NCBI GenBank assembly: GCA_905479605.1
Contig: CAJQNC010000025.1
Span: 1-50,854 of the forward strand
Length of the DNA: 50,854 nucleotides
Source of the DNA: an uncultured Alphaproteobacteria bacterium
GTDB lineage: Bacteria > Pseudomonadota > Alphaproteobacteria > UBA9655
Direction of reading: 5' to 3'
Notes under the pieces: generated by a model
What the model was told of the DNA's origin: nothing
Seen by the model: the letters and a program-made list of their open reading frames with translations, nothing else
The model's database searches: none
Position numbers and translations under genes: made by a program
In this document: positions 47,200-50,854 of the stretch, one piece after another
How positions within the stretch are numbered: position 1 is the first letter of the stretch
Layout of the letters: each line of letters starts with the position of its first letter

Positions 47200-47658
47200 A
47201 TGAAAGCTTACATTACCCCCATTCTGATGGGATTGACTTTGTTACAAGCTGATGCGTTTGCATCAGGAAGGCCCAATAGTTTAGTTGATGAAACATTGAC
47301 TCAGGCTTCATCGCCTCTTTCAATGGATCAATTCAATCCAGATCTTTTGAGAAGCGCAAGACATGTCGTTCGTCCTGTGGTGGGAGCAAACTTATTGGAG
47401 CAACAAAAGCAATTTACTGAGAAGATGGCTCAAACTAATGACCATTCAACGGTCGTACAGATGGGCAATGCCATTAGGATCCTTGGTGTGAAGCTAAATA
47501 TCATGCAAAGTCCTGTAGGAGTAGACTCGCTAAATGAATTTATAATTAAATCTCTCGCTTTTGGTGAAGCACAACCATACTTGTTTGACTATAGTGGCAC
47601 TGGAGTTATGGAGGCCTTGAGTAAAGCTGGCTTTACTCTAGAGGGCCTCAAAAAGTAA
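47200..47658 (+). CDS. Secreted hypothetical protein
   Basis: Sec signal (MKAYITPILMGLTLLQADAFA), 152 aa, a GGAG Shine-Dalgarno, and a terminator downstream. Confidence 0.5.
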   Translation: MKAYITPILMGLTLLQADAFASGRPNSLVDETLTQASSPLSMDQFNPDLLRSARHVVRPVVGANLLEQQKQFTEKMAQTNDHSTVVQMGNAIRILGVKLNIMQSPVGVDSLNEFIIKSLAFGEAQPYLFDYSGTGVMEALSKAGFTLEGLKK

Positions 47659-47679
47659 AATCATATTTGTTGAATATGG

Positions 47680-47720
47680 ACTCCTCTCTTTATTTCGAGG
47701 GGAGTAGCTTTTTTATTTTT
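47680..47720 (+). terminator. Rho-independent terminator
   Basis: ACTCCTCTC-TTTATTTC-GAGGGGAGT forms a 9-bp stem with one G.U, followed by AGCTTTTTTATTTTT. Confidence 0.7.
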
Positions 47721-47791
47721 CTATTTTCCACCCCCTTGCATCAAGCTGACCTTCAGTATACAAGCATAGAGTACTTGTATTGAAAGGCTTT

Positions 47792-48910
47792 ATGGTGGAA
47801 TCTGCATTAAAATATGATCCTTCATGGGAGAATATACCATCTCACATTTGTGGATGGCTTGAGGTTGATCTGAACACGGTGGCACAGAATTATACTTTGC
47901 TGCGTGATCAATTGCCTCATGCGCAGTGTGCTGCAGTCGTCAAAGCCAACGCCTATGGTCTTGGGGCACAGCCTATTAGTCAGCGTTTATATATAGAGGG
48001 CTGCCGGCATTTCTTTGTGGCTCATCTCGATGAAGCCAGAGCCCTGCGGCCACTGGTTCCAGATGCAACTATCTATGTTCTGACAGGTTGTCTTGCAGGA
48101 ACTGAGAGTGATTTTTATGAGAATAACCTTACTCCTGTTCTTAATGACTATGCCATGTTGGACCGTTGGGTTGATTTTGGTAAATCAAAGAGTCAAGTTT
48201 TACCAGCGATATTGCATATGGATACAGGCATGAACCGGATTGGCTTTGATAACCACGCTCTGAAGAAGCTTACTGAGAGTATGGGTGCTCTGGCCGGTAT
48301 CAACCTGCAGGGAATCATGAGTCATCTCGCTTGTTCTCCTGATAAAACCCATCCTCAAAATGAGCAGCAGCGACAGTTATTTGAACAGGTTTGTAAAAGC
48401 TTTCCCGACGTGCCCAAAAGTTTGGCAGATACAGCCGGCATTTATTTAGGTGAGAGCTATCACTATGACATGGTCCGCCCCGGTAAGGGCTTGTTTGGCC
48501 TATATCAAGCCCCTGGTTTGCAGCAGGCGTTTACTTTGAAAGCCAGAATTATTCAAGTCCGCCAGGCTTCTAAAGGGGAAACCGTTGGTTATGGTGCCCA
48601 GAAAACTTTAGAGAAAGACTCAGTTCTAGCCACATTGGGTATAGGATATGGTGATGGTTTGGACCGTCGTTCCAGTGGGCACAGTTCTGTTCTCCTGGGT
48701 CAACATAAAGCATCTATTGTTGGCTCATTATCTATGGACTACACTGTGATAGATGTAACGGATATTCCTGCCGAATTGTATCAGGTTGGGAGCTGGGCAC
48801 AATTAACTGGTCCTGATCAACCATTAGAAGATCTTTCTCGCCAATTGGGAACTATCTCGCGGGAGCTTTCAACCCGCCTAGGTAATCGTTTATACAGAAG
48901 TGAAAAATAA
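47792..48910 (+). CDS. alr: Alanine racemase
   Basis: PLP-lysine motif AVVKANAYGLG. 372 aa from the ATG at 47792. Confidence 0.9.
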   Translation: MVESALKYDPSWENIPSHICGWLEVDLNTVAQNYTLLRDQLPHAQCAAVVKANAYGLGAQPISQRLYIEGCRHFFVAHLDEARALRPLVPDATIYVLTGCLAGTESDFYENNLTPVLNDYAMLDRWVDFGKSKSQVLPAILHMDTGMNRIGFDNHALKKLTESMGALAGINLQGIMSHLACSPDKTHPQNEQQRQLFEQVCKSFPDVPKSLADTAGIYLGESYHYDMVRPGKGLFGLYQAPGLQQAFTLKARIIQVRQASKGETVGYGAQKTLEKDSVLATLGIGYGDGLDRRSSGHSSVLLGQHKASIVGSLSMDYTVIDVTDIPAELYQVGSWAQLTGPDQPLEDLSRQLGTISRELSTRLGNRLYRSEK

Positions 48911-48920
48911 GAGGATTCTC

Positions 48921-49856
48921 ATGACTGAACACAAAACCAAAGTACTCATTATCGGATCAGGCCCTGCAGGCTATACAGCTGCCATCTACGCAGCCCGAGC
49001 CAATCTTGAACCCATCGTTGTGGCTGGACTTGAGCCAGGTGGGCAGTTGACCATTACCACAGATGTTGAGAACTACCCGGGTTTTGCTGAAACAATTCAA
49101 GGCCCTTGGCTCATGCAGGAAATGCGTAAGCAGGCTGAGAATGTGGGAGCAAAAGTCATTGATGATATGATTGCGGAGGTAGATTTTTCCAAGCGCCCCT
49201 TCGTCTGTAAAGGTGATGGGGACAATGTATATATTGGGGATACTGTGGTGATTTGTACCGGTGCCCAAGCCAAATGGTTAGGTATGGAGAGTGAAACTAA
49301 GTTCCGTGGTTTTGGTGTATCTGCTTGTGCGACCTGTGATGGATTTTTCTTCCGCGATAAAGAAGTGCTTGTTGTGGGTGGTGGTAACACGGCTGTGGAA
49401 GAAGCTATTTATATGACCAATCACGCATCGAAAGTGACTCTTGTTCATCGCCGTGATGAGTTGCGTGCTGAAAAGATATTACAGGACCGTCTCTTTGGAC
49501 ACCCGAAAGTCAATGTCATCTGGGATTCAGTCTTAGAGGAAGTTGTGGGTGATGAAGACCCTCTCAGTGTGACAGGGGTAAAACTTAAGAATGTAAAGAC
49601 CAATGAAATATCTGAGCTGCCAGTCGAGGGTGTTTTCATTGCGATCGGCCACTCACCTAACACAAAGATTTTTCAGAACAAGATCGAACTAGATTCCGAG
49701 GGGTACGTTGTTGGATCTCCCACAGATACGACGACTTCAATGCCTGGTGTCTTTGCTGCAGGAGACGTTCGTGATAAGGTATACCGTCAAGCGGTTACAG
49801 CTGCTGGTCAGGGTTGTATGGGGGCCTTGGACGCAGCTAAATATTTACAGGGATGA
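48921..49856 (+). CDS. trxB: Thioredoxin-disulfide reductase
   Basis: VLIIGSGPAGYTAA, the redox-active CATCDG, GGGNTAVEEA, HRRDELRA and GVFAAGDV motifs. Confidence 0.95.
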   Translation: MTEHKTKVLIIGSGPAGYTAAIYAARANLEPIVVAGLEPGGQLTITTDVENYPGFAETIQGPWLMQEMRKQAENVGAKVIDDMIAEVDFSKRPFVCKGDGDNVYIGDTVVICTGAQAKWLGMESETKFRGFGVSACATCDGFFFRDKEVLVVGGGNTAVEEAIYMTNHASKVTLVHRRDELRAEKILQDRLFGHPKVNVIWDSVLEEVVGDEDPLSVTGVKLKNVKTNEISELPVEGVFIAIGHSPNTKIFQNKIELDSEGYVVGSPTDTTTSMPGVFAAGDVRDKVYRQAVTAAGQGCMGALDAAKYLQG

Positions 49857-49868
49857 TCATAAAACCAA

Positions 49869-50771
49869 ATGGATTGGGATAAGCTCAAAGGTTTTTACAG
49901 TGTGGCAGAGTCAGGTAGCTTTACCAAGGCTGCTATTACGTTGGGTATTAGCCAATCGGCCATCAGTCGGCAGGTTAGCCGTTTGGAAGAGATGTTGGAT
50001 ACACCCCTTTTTTATCGTCATGCACGTGGTCTAACTTTAACGGAACAAGGTGAAACTCTTTATAAGACGACCCGAGAAGTTTTTTCTGAATTAACTCTCG
50101 CTGAGCGAGAGATTAAGAGTAGCGCTCACGAGGTTATCGGCTCACTCACCATCGTTTCGCCCGTGGCCTTTGGTAATTCATGGATGATTCCAAAGCTACC
50201 TGAATTTCTTGAAAACCATCCTTACCTGCAACTTAGTTTGAAGTTTAGTGATTCCGCTGTAGACCTTACAACTTATGATGCAGATGTTTCGATCTCAGGT
50301 ATTGAAGGTGATGGTGAAACCGTGGTGTCACAACATCTTATTACGGTTCCTATGCGGATGTACTCTAGTCGAGAATATCTCTTAGACAATGGTGTTCCCA
50401 TGACTGCCAAGCAACTGGATCAACATAAGCTTTTGGTCTTTGGAGATGATCCTATCCCTGATGCGACTGATCCCGATTATTTGCTTAAACTGGGTCGACC
50501 CGAGGGAGACCCCCGCGAAGCTTATGGATCCATTAATAATGTCTATACTCTTGCCAGGATGGTAGCGGGAGGAGTAGGTATTGCGATGTTACCTCGTGAT
50601 GTGGCAGATCATTGCTCTGGGTTGGTTCAAATCATGCCAGAAGCAGATTTGCCTAAGGGTTCTCTTTACTACTCATATGCGAAACAGTTATCTTACTCTA
50701 AGGCGATAAAAGCCTTTTATGTAGTTGAGTGGGATAGGGTTAACACCCTCGCCTTTAGGCGAACACTTTAG
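49869..50771 (+). CDS. LysR-family transcriptional regulator
   Basis: N-terminal HTH (..FTKAAITLGISQSAISRQVSRLEE..). The extreme C-terminus may be altered by the adjacent IS end. Confidence 0.88.
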   Translation: MDWDKLKGFYSVAESGSFTKAAITLGISQSAISRQVSRLEEMLDTPLFYRHARGLTLTEQGETLYKTTREVFSELTLAEREIKSSAHEVIGSLTIVSPVAFGNSWMIPKLPEFLENHPYLQLSLKFSDSAVDLTTYDADVSISGIEGDGETVVSQHLITVPMRMYSSREYLLDNGVPMTAKQLDQHKLLVFGDDPIPDATDPDYLLKLGRPEGDPREAYGSINNVYTLARMVAGGVGIAMLPRDVADHCSGLVQIMPEADLPKGSLYYSYAKQLSYSKAIKAFYVVEWDRVNTLAFRRTL

Positions 50772-50854
50772 TATAGTGTTTTCTATGGAATATCGTCATG
50801 GATCTCATAGCCTGTATGACTTAAAATATCACGTCGTGTTTTGCACGAAGTACC
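50736..50854 (+). mobile_element. IS200/IS605-family insertion sequence, left end (partial; continues downstream of window)
   Basis: Small hairpins lie upstream of tnpA: AGGGT-TAAC-ACCCT at 50736-50749 and AACACT-TTAGTAT-AGTGTT at 50762-50780. The tnpA start follows. The exact boundary is not determinable. Confidence 0.55.
50785..50854 (+). CDS. tnpA: IS200/IS605-family transposase TnpA, N-terminal 23 codons only
   Basis: MEYRHGSHSLYDLKYHVVFCTKY matches the conserved ..H....L.YH.V...KYR N-terminus of Y1 transposases. Confidence 0.7.
   Translation, partial: MEYRHGSHSLYDLKYHVVFCTKY

Noticed and set aside
1-50854. The two edge IS200/IS605 copies delimiting a 50-kb composite transposon or genomic island.
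   Set aside because: The interior is dominated by essential single-copy housekeeping genes (nusA-infB-pnp, rpsD, parE, priA, def-fmt). IS200/IS605 elements are not known to form composite transposons of this kind. The copies are probably independent insertions.
1-50854. CRISPR arrays, rRNA genes, prophage modules, toxin-antitoxin pairs or known defence systems.
   Set aside because: I saw no regularly spaced short repeats, no rRNA-like sequence, no phage structural or integrase genes, and no small paired ORFs with TA-like features while reading the window. The only tyrosine recombinase looks like chromosomal XerC/D.

Overview
This 50.9-kb window looks like a chromosomal segment of a low-GC alphaproteobacterium. 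The lineage call is an inference from gene content: a Tim44-like protein, an MJ0042 zinc-ribbon/DUF3426-like protein, a DUF2125-like protein and RpoH. Most of the window is housekeeping. It contains a cheY-cheA-cheW module, tRNA-Gln, truA-fmt-def, the ADP-heptose genes hldE/gmhA/gmhB next to envelope genes, and an amino-acid ABC transporter. It also holds the complete rimP-nusA-infB-rbfA-truB-rpsO-pnp block, rpoH, rluD, an O-antigen-ligase-like gene, dsbB-coq7, parE, rpsD, xerC, tal, priA, recQ, alr, trxB and a LysR regulator. Both window edges fall inside IS200/IS605-family elements in the same orientation, and the left copy appears to have truncated an MFS transporter gene. The non-ordinary content sits in small accessory islets. 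(1) A 2.7-kb cargo behind priA carries a TetR gene and a single ORF that fuses an EamA/DMT permease to a thioredoxin-reductase-like flavoprotein lacking the CxxC redox centre; it is bounded by a displaced, still in-frame copy of the priA tail. (2) A similar 3'-end duplication signature occurs at xerC, flanking an orphan secreted protein and a fragment of a DUF333-like gene. (3) A stand-alone CZB (zinc-binding sensor) gene is translationally coupled to a PEBP/YbhB gene and followed by a secreted Cys-containing orphan. (4) The long leader of the fused ABC transporter contains a candidate structured RNA. (5) Several orphan secreted proteins are present. I saw no CRISPR array, rRNA gene or recognisable defence system. 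Every functional call rests on motif recognition by eye, not on database searches.
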